Assembly: GCA_036172245.1 (NCBI GenBank)
Contig: JAYWIR010000032.1
Location: 1,984,001-2,048,000 of the forward strand
Length of the DNA: 64,000 bases
Direction: 5' to 3'
From: Raillietiella orientalis
Taxonomy: Eukaryota
Below the pieces are notes generated by a model. It saw only the letters and a program-made list of their open reading frames with translations. It ran no database searches and was not told the origin of the DNA. The position numbers and the translations under genes were made by a program. Of the stretch, positions 25,757 through 39,258 are shown in pieces. Positions within the stretch are counted from its first letter, which is position 1; every line of letters begins with the position of its first letter.

Positions 25757-25805
25757 CTTGAAGACACTTGGCTAGCGAGGAACCTTGGACCGAATCTCCA
25801 TTCAT
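25757..25805 (-). CDS. Candidate first coding exon of the LURAP-type gene (MNGDSVQGSSLAKCLQ)
   Basis: ATG at 25805 and donor CAAG|GTAACG in phase 1. This is compatible with the alternative acceptor AAG|CACAGATG at 16556/16555 and would add 18 aa. Supported only by splice phase. Confidence 0.3.
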
Positions 25806-26919
25806 GCCTGAGGCTAAAGGGCGCTCGCGACGTGCGCCACTGACATTGCTGCCAACCAGGAACTTCGAGAGAGCATCCAGGAAATCTAGGATACATCCAG
25901 GAGCAATCGTCTTTTTGCGTTGAGCGCGTGACCTCTGAAGAAGGCCAGTGTCCGCGAAGGTGCAGGAGCCGTCGCAAGAGCAAATTCGTCTTTCTTCGCG
26001 TTTTGCGCGTGCCTTCCAGCTCTGCGCATGCCTACGAGATGTTCCTTGATCTTTATGCAGTGCTGATTTCCAGGAGCTTCCGGCATTAATTTTCTCTCCG
26101 GTTTTTCCCTGGTTAGCCAAGCACTCAGGAGCCTCTCATCCACCCCACAGGAGCAGTGGAGCGACCCGACAACGCCGCTGTGCGGGAGTTCGCAGCACTG
26201 TCACGCGCACCCAAGGTGTGGGTTTAGCGGAGGGGGTGTGACCCCACGGGGACCGTTCCTAATTCCCGTCTGCAGGGCAGCGGACCACGGAGGTTGGACA
26301 CGAAATACCCTACCAATGCTGACCCGAAGACCTCAGCCGTCATCCCTAGCGTTCATCATGAGGATAATCGAGACCCACGACTCAGCTAAGCCAAACGTTG
26401 GTCCTCGCGGGAGACTTCATGGAGGTGGATGCCGCGCGCGGAAGCCGGCGGCGAAGACAGATAAGAAAAGGCGGGTTCCGGAGTGGTAGGACGTCTTCGT
26501 CCGTGGAGTCCCTGTGCTGCATCGAGGCGGCATCCTCCCTCCTTCACTGCGATGCCCAGAATGAAGACGACCAGATGCGTTTCTCCTCCTTGGGGAGAGT
26601 TAAAAGCGGGTCTCCTTGCTTTCGGGAGCGGGTCCAGGAAGCGCCCACCCTGGCGCTCTCTCGATGGCAGCTCTCGGGGGCATCTCGACATGTGTCGGGG
26701 CCAGATGCTGCCCTGGAAATCAGTTGAGCCCTCTCGCCGGTCTCGCTTTTGTGCCTCGCCGGCCATTCTCCCTCGAAAGGCAAGAAGATGAAGAAGCTTC
26801 TTCAGATGACACATCTCCCGAGTCGGGCCGGGCATCAACAAGTCGAGAGGGAACGGCGAAGGAGGGAGGTTTCCTGTGTCCTTCTGCCTTTTGCAGATTG
26901 CTTTGTTTCCTTGAGATGA

Positions 26920-27075
26920 AGGGAAGGAGCAGGAAGGAAAGGGAGAGGAGGAGGAGGAGGAAGAGGAAACGAGGAAAAAGAGGAAGGGAAGAGGAGGAGG
27001 AGGGGGAGAAGGAGAAGGAAGGAAACAGCAAGGGAGCAGGAGTGAAAAGAGGAGGAAGAAAAAAGGGAGGAAAAA
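26920..27075. repeat. Purine-rich low-complexity tract
   Basis: GGA/GAG repeats. Confidence 0.85.
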
Positions 27076-30000
27076 GTGTTCCTCCCTTCCAGAAAAGTGG
27101 CCGCAATCACGACCACGGCGAAGCACCACCCGAATGGGAACCAGGCTGCAGGGTTCGCGGAAGTACTTTTGCTTGTCCAGGAGGATCGGGTGGGCGTGGA
27201 CTCTTTTGTAGCAGCAGTGGCCACCAGGAGCTGCGACAGGATCCCCCCAGAGAAGACGAACACGGCTCTGTGGTAGGTCCCTGAGGCGATCGTTCCCAGT
27301 TCCGGGTCACCCAAGTTCGGATGGCAGCTGGGGGAGACGCTGGTATTTCGTCCATAGCTCCCCGTGCGTCTCTGAGACCTCGGCAGGGCCTCCTCCCACA
27401 CGATCCTAGGGGAGAAATGACAAGGTCGTTGGGAGGTCTCCTCGAAAGGGGCGACTTTGTGGGCAGAGGCCCTCATGACCAAGACATCCGGTGGCGCTAG
27501 GAAGAACTACGCCACCACAAAGTCAGCCTAAGAAGGAAGGAAGAACATCCGGACCAGCTCCTCTTAAGCGGCGGCCCAGCTTCGGAGAAAAGAAGGCCCC
27601 GGGGCCTCCCTCTTCCTGGATCCGTTTTCTCCCCGAGGATTGAGGAGTTCCTGGATAGAGCGGGGACGAGGGAATTTTCCCTCCTGCTGCCGTCTGCGCA
27701 CGCTCTTACCCGTGAGCGACTTCGACTCCCTCCCGCCCAACCTGCCAGTTTCCCTATTCCCTTCCCACCCACCCTTCCTCTCCCTGTGGGAATATCCTTC
27801 GGCGCTGACCATCCGCTCGAGGCGGTGTCGCCCACGACCAGTCTTCCGCGCGTCCCGCTGCGTCGACTCCCTCCCCTAGCGCAGGTTTCCCGGGACAGTG
27901 CCTCCAGCAGGTCTGAGGCCGGAGAAGGGCGGGGGAGGAAAAAGAAAGCACCTTCTTCCTGACCTACCAGGATACGGTGGTCAGGGGACGCGCTTCTCGC
28001 GGCGGAGGACTCGGACGGCCCGAGACTTTCAGAGCCCCTTCCGGATGGGCAAAGAGCTCCGTCGTGCCTTCTCCGCGTCGTTAGGCAATCCCCTGGCGTC
28101 GAAACACCCCGAGGCGCAAGGTGGGACCCCGCGCCGAGCAAGGATATGACGCGGGATGGCGGCGCGAGGGAAGGAACGCGAGCGAGCGCGGCCCAGCTGG
28201 GAGGGGGGGGGGAGGTCGCCCCTGAGACGTGCCTCCGACGACGACGTTGAAGCATCCCTTTCCCCCAAGCTGATCTCGTTCGACACCCCTCCGCCTCCGG
28301 CGCCTCGAAGAAAACCTCTGACCCGGAACGCTCGTTGCCATTCGGCAAGACCTGCTCCTGTCCTTCCCCGCCCCCTTCGCGCCTGAGCGCGCTTCTCTGG
28401 GGCGGGCGGGTCGAAGAGGCCCACACCCAGCGAATCCTTCGGGATCGGGCTGGCCAGGACGCGGCGCTATCTGCTGCGGTTTTTTTCGGGGGAAACAGAG
28501 CGCACGTGCGCGCCTCCTCCTGCGTCATCTACCGGTGGATCGGGAAACTACATGCAGGCCCTGCAAGCGGCGGCTCCCCGTGCGCTGGCCCAAGCAGCCT
28601 CCGTCCGAAGGCGGGCGAACGGCGGAAGCCGCGAAAGTAAGGGCCGACGCACGTGCTCACTCGCATGAGCTCCTATCCCGCCGTCCCGGAACGCCGCCAG
28701 ACGCGGCTCGGGAAACCAACGGGAGAAGCGCTGCGCCCCTCCGAGGCGCTCCGTGCCGAAAGACGCGCCGCTTCCGGCGCGGGACGGCTTGGGAAAAGAG
28801 ATGAACCCGCCCGCGCGCCAACCCGTTCCCGGCACCGGGGAAAGGGGTCAGAACAGAGCACCGGTCTTCTCCGGAAGCGGATGCGAGATGGCGGTTGCTT
28901 CGTTCCCCTCCCCCCCGTTTCCGCTCGCCTCCTCCGAGAATGCCTGCATCCAGCCATGTCAGATGGCCTCCTGTCCTCGCAGAACTCCCGCGTCGCCGTC
29001 ACACCGGCGGACACTGGCTGTCATCGAGAGCGCGCGATCCTCCTGACGACCCGATGCGATAAACGCGGAGGGCGGGGGGGATCACCCGAGCGGAAGGGGC
29101 GTGCGTGCACTGGCGACGCCGGAGGACGAGAAAGAGCGGCAGGCGTTACCATGAAGGCACAGGCCTCCTTCCTTCCACGGAGGAAGGGAGGTGCCGATGC
29201 GTAGGAACAAGAGCGGCTCCGAGTGAAAGTCCACCGCGTCTTCTCGAGACCTCGAGGCTCGTCTCCACCCCGTTGCCAAGGAGACGGGAAGGCGGCGCCG
29301 GCGCCGGCCACTGTCAGCGGGAAAGACCGGCCGCGGTCCCTCGTATGAGCCGGGTCCTCTCGGATCGTGGCCCTCCGAAAAAGGGCACTGCGGCAATCAG
29401 AGATGGACAGCAGCGGAGACCTGGGTCAGCCTTTTGACCGCCATAAGAAGAAACTACTGAGGGGGGGGGGGCGGGGGGGGGGACGAAACGCTCGTGACGG
29501 AGTGTCGAAAAACCCTCGCGGGAGCGCTCTGGTTGCGACAGCTTCGCCACCAGTGAGGCGGCAGCAGGGAGAGAAACGTGGAGGAAGAGGAGGAGGCGTT
29601 TCCGAATGACCACTGGCTGGCAGCATCGTGGTTTCCTCCGCCGCTCTCTTCAGAAAGGACTTGGGCGCCAGCCAAATAGCACCCAGGACGGGGAAGCGCG
29701 TCCCGGGACCTCCCTGAGTGGAGCAGCATCGGCGCACCTGGCTGACGAGGGACACTCCTTGGTGAGCTCCTCCTTCCTTGCTTTCTACCCACTCTTTTTT
29801 TTTTTTCCTTCTTTTTCGAGTTTCCTATTTTCCGGGGGGTTCGCCAAGTGCTAAAGAATCGTCCGCCCCCTTACGGGGGACTCACGAACGCCCATTTCTC
29901 GGAGAGGGTCCTTCCCTGGGTGCGATTCGAACCCACAGAGCTCGGTGCCACACGCGGGCGAAAATTCCGCCATCGATCGATTCGCGAGGCGCGGCTCAGT

Positions 30001-30569
30001 TGGGCACACCAGCGCAGGTCAGGGTGCAACCAGGGATGCCACTCACCACACGCAAGGGAGGTGTGCACACGGAAGCCGACACTCGCCCACATCCGCACCA
30101 GCTGTCCATCAGCAGCACCCGTTTATCAGGAAAGGGAGAAAGCGAGGGGTCCGACGAACAAGGAGCCCGGACGGAAGGCTGCGAGAGGAGAATGAGAGCC
30201 GCCGGCCTCTGACCGTCGCGCTCCTGGAAGAGATCCGAGACTGCTGCCAGATCTGGCGCTCTGGCGTGACCGGGAGACAACACTGGCGGGCACTGTCTGC
30301 TCTCACAGAACGCGCGACCCTTTTGGTTCTTTGACTGGAGCGGCACCCTCCGCGCGCCACTGCCACCTCCAGAGTCGGCAAAGAATTGCCACGTCATGGA
30401 CGGTCCTCGGAGGAGAAGGGCGTGAAGGAAGGGAAGGAAGCGGTGGAGGCTCGACCTGCTTCCCTTGCAGCGCCACCGCAAGGCTGCTGGGAGGCCCTGC
30501 TGGGAGGCTGCTGGGCACTGCCACCTCTCGGGAGAAGAATTTCGTCTGAGGGGCCTGAGAAATGGAACC

Positions 30570-30745
30570 GAGGATGAGAGAGAGGAACAGGGGAGGGAGA
30601 AACAGAGAAGGAATGGAAGAGAAGGAAATCTGGAGAAGGAAGGGAGGAGGCGAGGAAGAGGAAATGAGGAATTGGAAGGGAGGAAGAAGAAGGGAGCAAG
30701 AAGAGAAAGGCTGAAGAAGGAAGCAGTAGGAGGAAGGGAGGAGAC
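30570..30745. repeat. Purine-rich low-complexity tract
   Basis: GGA/GAA repeats. Confidence 0.85.
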
Positions 30746-33700
30746 AACGATGAGGAACCTACAGGCTGGCGCAGATGTGGTGCTTGAGCAGGCACGGGCG
30801 CTTTCTCGAGAACGCTGATTCCTTGGCATCGACCTCTACTTCCACGGTCTCAGGGTTCTCTATCCGCAGGCTGCCCTATAGCTGAGACTCCCTCATCTGC
30901 AGGTACCTCATCCCCAGCTGGACCAGCATTTCCTTCTCCTCGTGATTCCTTGTGCGGCGCTGGAAGAACCCGACCAGGGAGTTCGAGATGACGTTAGCCA
31001 CCCTGTCCCACAGGACTGACACTCCTCGCCCAGGAAGCGGGAAATGGGGACTATCTGGAGGTGACCACCCCGCTGACCGTGTAGCCACATTCTCCACTGA
31101 GCAGCGTGCAAGTCCTGGAATGCGGTCTCCAGGAAGTGGAGTATCGGATTTGCTCTTTCTTTCGTGTTGAATTGGATCAGCTGTACCGAGTCTTCACGAA
31201 CTCTCACAAGGCATCCGACCAATTTCTCCACCCCAGGGTCCACCTGGTATTTGCATCCATACAGCGTATCAACAGCTTCGTCTCTCTGCTCTCGTCCCGC
31301 TAAAATTAGTACACGTACAAAAGGAAGCTCAGAAGCTTGACGCTGCGTGGGGAAATATACAGTTCTTTGGAGGTTTCAAGGAGATCCTGGAACGCCGTGC
31401 TTAAAGAGCTGGGGTCACCAAGAAGCTTCCAAAAGGTGATCCCCAAATCGGCAACGCCCCCTACGTTTCAGCAGAAGAGTTTCGGTATAGTTCCCCTCCC
31501 TCCACCGGTGCCAGTTCCCAGGTGGATTCTGCTCCACTTAGGAAGTGGATTCCGGGATGTCTTACAGGAGCTTTGCTGAAGTCTTCCACGGACCTCCGGC
31601 TTCCTCTTCGGCCTTCTGCGGAATTGGTAAGGCAAGGGAAGGAGAGAAGAATTGGCCACCCGTTTTGCTGGCAGAGAAGCGCCTGCATGTTCGATAGTTG
31701 CAGGGTTTCCTGGGATCGCGAGAAGCACCAAGAGAACCGAAGATCATTCAGCGGTGGATGGGGAGTGAATCAGGAAGTTGCGCTCTCACAGGCGCTGCTT
31801 CAGGGGATCTCCTGCAGGCACAGACTGGAAAACTGAGGTAAACACGCCCCAGTGAAACCGCAGCTTCTAGTAGAGGGCGGAATGGAGACAACAGGTAGAT
31901 AGCAATGATTGTGAATAATGGTCTGGTTGTTGATCATCTTGAGGATGATCCAAGCTGTGTATCCAGCCAAGTCGGATGCACCCACTATTCAAGGAGCCAC
32001 CATCCAAACGCTGCATCTTATCCGAGTGCAGCAAAGAAACTTCCAGGTGCCTCGGTAACTTATCATTCTTCAGATTGCAGTCTCCATGGAAACCGAGCTC
32101 AAGAGCCTTCACCGTGGCCTGCAGGACGGTGATAAATACGCCGTTTTCCTGGTACTTTGACTTCTTCTCCTTCCATGTTTTCAAAGGAGAAGATGTCCAG
32201 GATGGACGACCTGGTTGCTCTTTCCTGAGTACCCGGTTGAGCCCAGATGAAGGGTCCACTCTAGAGGCAGGCTGGTTGCTTGCCAACAGAGTCAAGCACC
32301 CTCCGACTGCCTTCCTGATGCTCGCCTCAGAGGTATTATGTCCGCCAATGTGAAAGCGAGAATGACCCAAAATGCGACTCGACCCGCGGTACCTATTTTG
32401 CCAGTTCCCTCAGGCAGAGAGGGCATACCATGGAGTTATGCAAAAGATAGAAAGAAAGGATCGGATGGAGAGAGCGACCAGGAAGCGAATATGGTGGACA
32501 GTCCCCTGGTCACTGATGGGGTCACTCGGCACGCCATCACAACAAGCATATATCAAATCATTTTCAGATTCCAAGGTACAGATTGACTATCGGTCCAAAA
32601 GAAAGAAAAACAAAGGACTGTGGTGGTCCATACCGCATCTGGGAGGCACTGTGAGGTTCAGCCGAAAGCGCCTTCAGGACGTCGGGATGAGCGAGTTCAA
32701 GGCCGACATCCTGGAAGCGCCTGGCCATCTGGAACTTGAGGGAACTAAAGGATCTCTTGGTCAGGCTCCGAGACGATAGGGACAGCTTCTTCAAGAGGAC
32801 CTTCGCCAGATGCTTCCTCGACGGCAGTGGACAGCTACGCGAGAAACCTTCCGCTTCGTTCTGAGGATGTGGGACTTCAGGATGTTCGCGCCGTTGAAAG
32901 GCTACGAGACTCAGAGAGCGACGAGACAGACTAAGTGACCGTTCATAAAGTGGTACCTTTGAGCCGAAAAAAATAAAAGCAAGGGTGGTGGGGTAGTTCC
33001 CCAAGTCAGCCGGGGTTGAGAGAGAGGGGAAGACCGACAGCCTCCGCGGAGAGGTGGAGTCGGAAGTGCGTGACCATGGTTAGCTTCTTCTCCGCACGTC
33101 TGCGAGGCTGTCGCGGAGGTGCTGACATCAGATTCAGCGGAAGCACTGCCCTACAACGCTCTCCGGAAACCCTGTCGAGCGAAAGGAATCAGAAAAGATC
33201 GAAATTCCCGACCATAGAGGCTGTCTGGGATCTTTCCTTCATTTCCAGCTCATCTTGATCTCATCAGTTTACCTTCGCGTTTTCGGTGGAAGCAGCGTCA
33301 GTGCCATGGCGCTTGGGACACGCAGCGAGTAACCCCAGCCTTTAGAAATGATCCATGAGGATGTGAAGCTGGGGAGATACGTTTCCCCCATGGAAAATGT
33401 GCTTTCCTTTGGATGAAGTTTGCAATGGCCAGAGAGACTGCCCAACCTTTAAAATGGATCAAGGGGAAAGTGGCCTTTTCTGGTGGAAGGCACCGCGTCC
33501 TGTCGTTCTGGGACCATTAGAGCGCAGGCCGCATGCATCTGCGCCCTCGAAATAGCGAAGATGAAGGTGCCTCGCGGAGCCACTTTGATCTTAGCCAAAA
33601 TGCCGAGAAGAGAAAAGAGCCTCCGCGCTTCCTAGCGGAGCCATGCGCCAGGAAGCGCGCACGCGATTCCGTGCTATACCAACCGTCATGTCTGCCGCTT

Positions 33701-34684
33701 CATCTTCGTGGTGTGGATCGACTTTCGAAGTGACCTCCATCTCGGAATCCTTCAGGACCTCACGCACACATTTCCTTCTTAAGGCTTTACTGACTTAGAC
33801 TTAAGGAGGAAATGCGCTTTAATTTACATTGCTTTAGGAGTCAGCTGGCGCCCTTGGCAACAACCGCAGCTTTGTCGTCTCGGCAGAGAGCAGCAAGAGG
33901 CCAGCCAAGTGTCAAACGGGTTGCTCGAGCTATGAAAGAAAGAAAACAAATGATGGGGAGGGAGGAGTGGATCAGATCTCAGCGAGCGCAGATGCAACCA
34001 TGTTATTTCCAAGAGTTGCTCAAGAGAAGCACTCGCGTGTCTTGGATTGGTTCGGGTGAGGAAATCACATTTGGTCCGGAAGCTGAGAGCGCCCTTGGCG
34101 AGCGAAAAGGGAAAGGAGCTTTAAAACACCTCTTCGTTCTGAGTTCTCTTACGATAGACGTCGCGAGTGCACTGGAAGTCTGGAACACACCTGAGTTCTT
34201 TTTCTTGGCGCCGAGGGATCCTCTTTTTTTTTCAGGCACCTCGGATCCTCCAAGGCTGCCATAGCCGCAACAAAGCAGTCGCTCCTTTGGAACAGCGGCC
34301 AGTCTTTGGCAGTTTCCCTTCTCTCCCAGTTGCTACTTGAGCGGTCCAGGAGACAGCCGACCTCCATTGAGATGAGACGCCTCTCTTCTTGCAGTACCAA
34401 ACCGGATCGGATCTCCGAGTTGACCCTAGGCAGTGGCTGGCTGGTGACCAGCAGCTGCCAAGTTTTCTGAGCGACCCTCTTGACCGAGCAACTTGGTCGT
34501 CGCTCATCGTGTCCGTAGGTGACAAGGCTGCTACGATGATTGCAAAGGCAGAGTATACGAGGGAAAAACTGGACTCCTCCTCCTCACCCATCCACACTGC
34601 TCCTGGTGGGCGTTTCTCGTACAGCATCACGCCAAGTGTGAAACTGCTCAAAACTCAAAGAATTATCAGTTGAGAAAGAGGATC

Positions 34685-34790
34685 TCTATTTATAGGCGCT
34701 TGCCAACAATGGTTTGACGGCACTCTCAAAGTATTAATAAACGAGACCGTTTAATAATACTTTGAGAGTGCCGTCTATTTATAGACGCTT
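34685..34790. repeat. 28-bp inverted repeat (1 mismatch, 4-nt loop) bracketed by a 17-bp direct repeat
   Basis: Arms at 34716-34743 and 34748-34775; TCTATTTATAG(G/A)CGCTT at 34685-34701 and 34774-34790. Confidence 0.9.
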
Positions 34791-36514
34791 TTCATAAAAA
34801 CGGAGAAGCCTTCTTCATTAAAACTATTCTTTCAGGTTTAAAGGGTTGGGCACGAGAATCGGGAGTGCGGCAAAGAATCGAGGACTTGGTTTCAAAAAAA
34901 TCTGCGGATACATAATTCGGTTTCTTCTTCTCGGAGATTCTCAGTCGTCGGATGCTGAAGTGGAATGATTGCACGGTTTCCGGAAAAAGCACTCCGGAGT
35001 TGACTCGGGCGGTGGATAGAGGCCGCTCAGAAAGTGGACACGAGAGAAAGGGAGAAGCACCCTGTTGCAGCTTCCGAGGCCGTGCCCCGGGAAGGCGAGC
35101 AACGAACGGAACAATAGGTGGGCGAAGATAGGCACCGGAAACACTAGTGGCAGGAAGCTCACAACCATGAGCGCAGCTGGATCCAAAGGGTAGATCGCTG
35201 GATCACTTGGAGCCAGAAGTCTCGGGAACATCGAATGGAAACAGATGGATTCAGTAGCGATGACGAGCGGTCCACCAGAGCAAGGCACCAGGCTGCAGAG
35301 TTGCCAAAACAGGGACCACCTTTCACTCGACTACGAAACGAGGGCGGCTTTTTTCCGAGAATAGCGCTATTTGATCGCTGCGCCACACTGCTGGGCGCTG
35401 AGATGTTCACGCATTTGGAAGAAGAATGCGCTGAGTAGCCTCTCTGAACCCCGATGCCGGGCGAGAAGTTCGCTTCTGTACCGCGCCGCTGGAACACTGT
35501 AGTGGACGACGTAGGTGTGGAGAAGTTACTAGCAGGAGGACGAGGAAATTCAGGAAAATCACGGCGAAAATTTTTGTTTCTTTTCTTCGGAAAATGCAAC
35601 TCGGCCACGGAGAGCCTGCAAAATGGTCCAATCTCTTGGTCTTCGCGACAGGTGGAAGATTCGTTCCTCCAAAGCTGAGAGAGGCTCGCGGTTCCATTTT
35701 TCCCACTCTTGGCTCAAAGCTTCCCCGTTTAGTTGCCGTTGGTAATAATGAAGGACACCTCGGGAAGCCGCTCTACCATCTCGACGTGATCGTCCGAGAA
35801 CATGAAGCCATCTATCTTCGGGTTTGCTCCATCTGAAAGTTCCTTTCCTGTTTGCGGGGAAACGCCCTCCAGATATCTCGCAAAAGAAATATATCATAGC
35901 AAATAAGCATTCTGATGAATCGCAACGCAGCACCGATCTGATATCCCCCGATGACCAATTCTCCAGATGATTGTCTTTCGTGATGTCGTCATGGCACTTC
36001 AAGCCAATCGGGACGCCTCCGGCACTTCCAAATAGCTCGAGCAACAGTCCATTCCTGCGCTCAGATCACCCACCTTCCCACGCGGAAGCGAGCAGGCGAT
36101 CTGCCTTGTCGGTCCTATTCCGCTCCCTTCCAGTCATTTGGTTCCTATTCCAGGAACTCTCCCTGACATGTTGCTCAAAAGGATTTTTTGATGGTAGGAA
36201 TCTGGAGCTTAGCACACCTAAGGGACAATTCACGACTGCTCGACATGACATTCTCCCTCTTTTAGGATGCCTTTTCGGTTCTCGTCTGGGACTCGCTGCT
36301 TCCCGCCCCACTCCCCTGACACCCTTAGAAGATCATTCATCGGCATACTTTATGGTCGTTCGCAGTCATCCCCGTGGAGACTCATCTTCACGCCTTCAAC
36401 ATGCCCCGTACCATGTCGCAGAGGTGGTTCATGTCCCGAGGCGTTGAGTCATCCAAAATTCGTTACCCACTGCTGCAGATCGTCATCAAGAGATTTCCTA
36501 TTGGGGTCTAGGAT

Positions 36515-37430
36515 GCCTATCGCCCGGTTGTGCTGGGCATTTATCACGTACAATAATGAAAGAACATTGGTGTGGTCGAACCGTTGGTTCAGACGCGCAA
36601 TGAACCTGCCGAAGAGCAGTGCGCCCACCGGCGAGGTCCGCTTCGGCGGCGCAGAGGAGGGGAAAACAAAAAACAAAAAACAAATAAACACAAAAACAAG
36701 GGTGGGGAAATTATACACGGAGAAGGTGGATGGAGAACAGAGGGGTGGATCACGGTATGCTGCCAGACTTTCCTCTGCATCCTGCTCAGGATGCTGGCAA
36801 GTTCCGTCCATGTAGAGCCCAGGTGGGTATATCTCGAGACGGTCTTCGGGAAGATCCGCACCCAGTGAATGGCGTCCCTGTCATTCTGGCCTCTTCTCCT
36901 GGCGCTCCACGCCGCCGCAGTCCTGCGGAGACAGCAGAGGACTGCGACTGGAGACAAAGAGGCACCACGAGCGAAGAGGCGTCTGAAAATGTCCCTGGGG
37001 CGCCCACCACGGTTCCTAGGGTCCCTTCTAGGCGATCCCAATGGGGTCAGAGATCAGCACAGTTCAACAGCAGGTACGAGAGGGTCTCCTTCTTCCCGCT
37101 CCTGTCTCACTGAGCGTCCACTCTCCTCCCATACCCAGTGACGTCGGCGGGCATTTCACGGGAGGCCCCAAGGCAGCAGCAGTGACGCCAAATCCCGCCA
37201 CTCGAGGGGAAGACGCCACTGTTCCGGCACTGTGGGGGCCATTTCACCTCCTCCTCCGGAGGGATGTCGAGCAGCTCTCCCCAGAGAAGTCCTTGATTTG
37301 GGACACTCGGGGTTACAGCGTCCGTCACCTCCCGAGTTGTCCATCCCCTCATAAACTTCTTCCTTGCTGTTAAGCAGCAAGTCACTTCCCACCTTGCCGG
37401 GATTGCCCTGTCCCTTGCGTTCCTCAAGAG
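36515..37430 (-). mobile_element. Disabled Tx1/L1-clade ORF2 3' fragment with 3'UTR
   Basis: WGELLDIPPEEEVKWP, KKETLSYLLLNCADL*PHW (zf-RVT-like) and AAWSARRRGQNDRDAI...ELASILSRMQR. Homologous to the copies at 41, 52 and 57 kb. Confidence 0.75.
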
Positions 37431-37459
37431 GGGCCCAAATAACTGACGGAAATCCCCTT

Positions 37460-38035
37460 TGAGTTCTGCTTTGCTGCTTTCCTTCCACCTCTTTTTTTTT
37501 TTTTCGGATTTCCTTGTCTTTGCCTCTCAAAGTACTCGAGAACCGTCGCGCACCTGAAGGTTCACGAAGCTCTTGAACACCCTTCCACACCACATGGGGG
37601 CTCCTGTCGACTCTTCTGGTAGGGGGGCTCCGAAAGGAACGCTCGTCTTGGTTGTCTCCGAAGGGAACCTCTCCCTTATTCCCTCTAAAGGAACCTAGAA
37701 AGGACTTGCTCCTGGAATTGCTTCTCCGGAGGGAACCCCCCGGGAAGGATCCGCTCCCTGTTTCCTCCACTGGAGAGAAACCCGAAGGGACGCCTTCAAA
37801 TTTTCTCTGAGGGGTCCCGAAGGGAGCAGCGCGCTTCTTGACACTCCGGAGAGGTGTAACTCGATCAGCTGCGTGTCACGAGATGGAGGGTCACCCCCGA
37901 GGGAAAAGGGGACGTCTCCATTTTCACAACCGGAGGGGAACGGCTCTTTGAATTCTGGAAGGACCCGGAGGGTCAACTTTCCATCCATGTCGCTCATCGG
38001 AGGCATCCAACCTCCACCAGTGCCGCACCCGAAAC
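37460..38035 (+). repeat. Interspersed ~0.6 kb repeat module P, copy 1 (orientation arbitrary)
   Basis: Shares GGAGAGAAACCCGAAGGGACGC, GCAGCGCGCTTCTTGACACTC and terminal CCAGTGCCGCA with 48290-48890, and diverged equivalents with the reverse copies at 42.5-43.1 kb and 52.9-53.4 kb. Confidence 0.8.
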
Positions 38036-38405
38036 TGCCAGGAAACCAGCATCGTTTTGCGGGTTAGACTAGAACCTATGACCATTTCTCATTTCGCCGA
38101 TCCTTCTGCAGCCCTCGGGTGCGTCCTCGATCTACGAGTCACAGAATTCTAGCTCGGCTGTGAAGAGATGCGGTCGATGTCACTGCGGGAGCGGCACGAG
38201 GGGAAACGGGAGCTGGTGGAACTTCGGAGGGGGGAAGGGGGAATTTCGATCCCTGCCCGGCGCCCACAGCGAAAAGGCAGCGTTCACCCGTCCGTGCGGG
38301 AACGCGGCTGCAAAGGCTCGGCAAGGAAGCGACTCCCAAATGCAGGCCAGCAGCCTCCACAGATAGCGGTAATGGTCGGATCCCAGGAAGTGGTAGAGCG
38401 GCGAA

Positions 38406-39258
38406 TTTTTCACCCGGATATGCTGGGACAATTATTATTAAAATTTTAACAAAATAAAATTTTATAATAAAGTCTTGAGGTTCATTCAGGCAGAAAAAGT
38501 GGTTCTTCCTGCCTCGGGACACTTGCCGTTACCGACCTGCATGCCAATGAAGTCCTCTTCGCTGGCGAAGGGGGAGGGAAAACTACAGAAAAAACAAAAA
38601 CACAAGGGGAGGGCAATGTTTTCCGGGGACGGGAGGGCAGGGAAGGGATCATAGTTCGGCGCGAGTGGTGCGCTGCATCCGGTTTTGGAAGCGGACAAGT
38701 GCTAGTCTTAAAGTTCGCCGCCGGCGCCACCGGGAAGTCTTCTCAATGGAGATGGCCATCCAGTAAATGGGGGTTCCGGCTGTTGTGTCCTCTCCTCGAT
38801 GCAGTCCACTGGTCCAGGATTCCGCGTATGCAGAAGAGAACTGCTACACACGCGGCTGCTGGCAGGGCGTCCCGCATGAGGTGGTGACGAAAAATGGCCA
38901 CCGGCATGTTCAGAACCGACGACAGCTGATTCCACATTGAGCGGAGGGAGACACACTCGATGATGAGGTGGGGGAAGGTTTCCGTTTCCCCGCAGCTTGC
39001 ACAATTGGCATCCACACTCCCTAATGTCTAGTGGGAGAGGCGTGCTTTGCAAAGGAGTCCCCAATGCAGCACTAGCAAGGTCGTCTCCTGCCAATCTAAA
39101 GGGAGAGTGCCATTGTCCCAACGCGCTGGGGGCCACTTCACCCCCTTCTTAGGTATGCCGAGCAGCTCGCCCCAGCGCGCAAGCCCTTCAGGCGGGACAC
39201 TCGGGGTCGCAGCGTCCGCTGACTCCCGAGTTGTCCACGCCTTTAACGATTTTTTCCG
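38406..39258 (-). mobile_element. 5'-truncated Tx1/L1-clade fragment flanked by ~85-bp direct repeats
   Basis: DANCASCGETETFPHLIIECVSLRSMWNQL (zf-RVT-like), then the 3'UTR and an A-tail remnant (TTTTT at 38406-38410). Direct repeats at 38320-38404 and 39262-39352. Confidence 0.8.
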
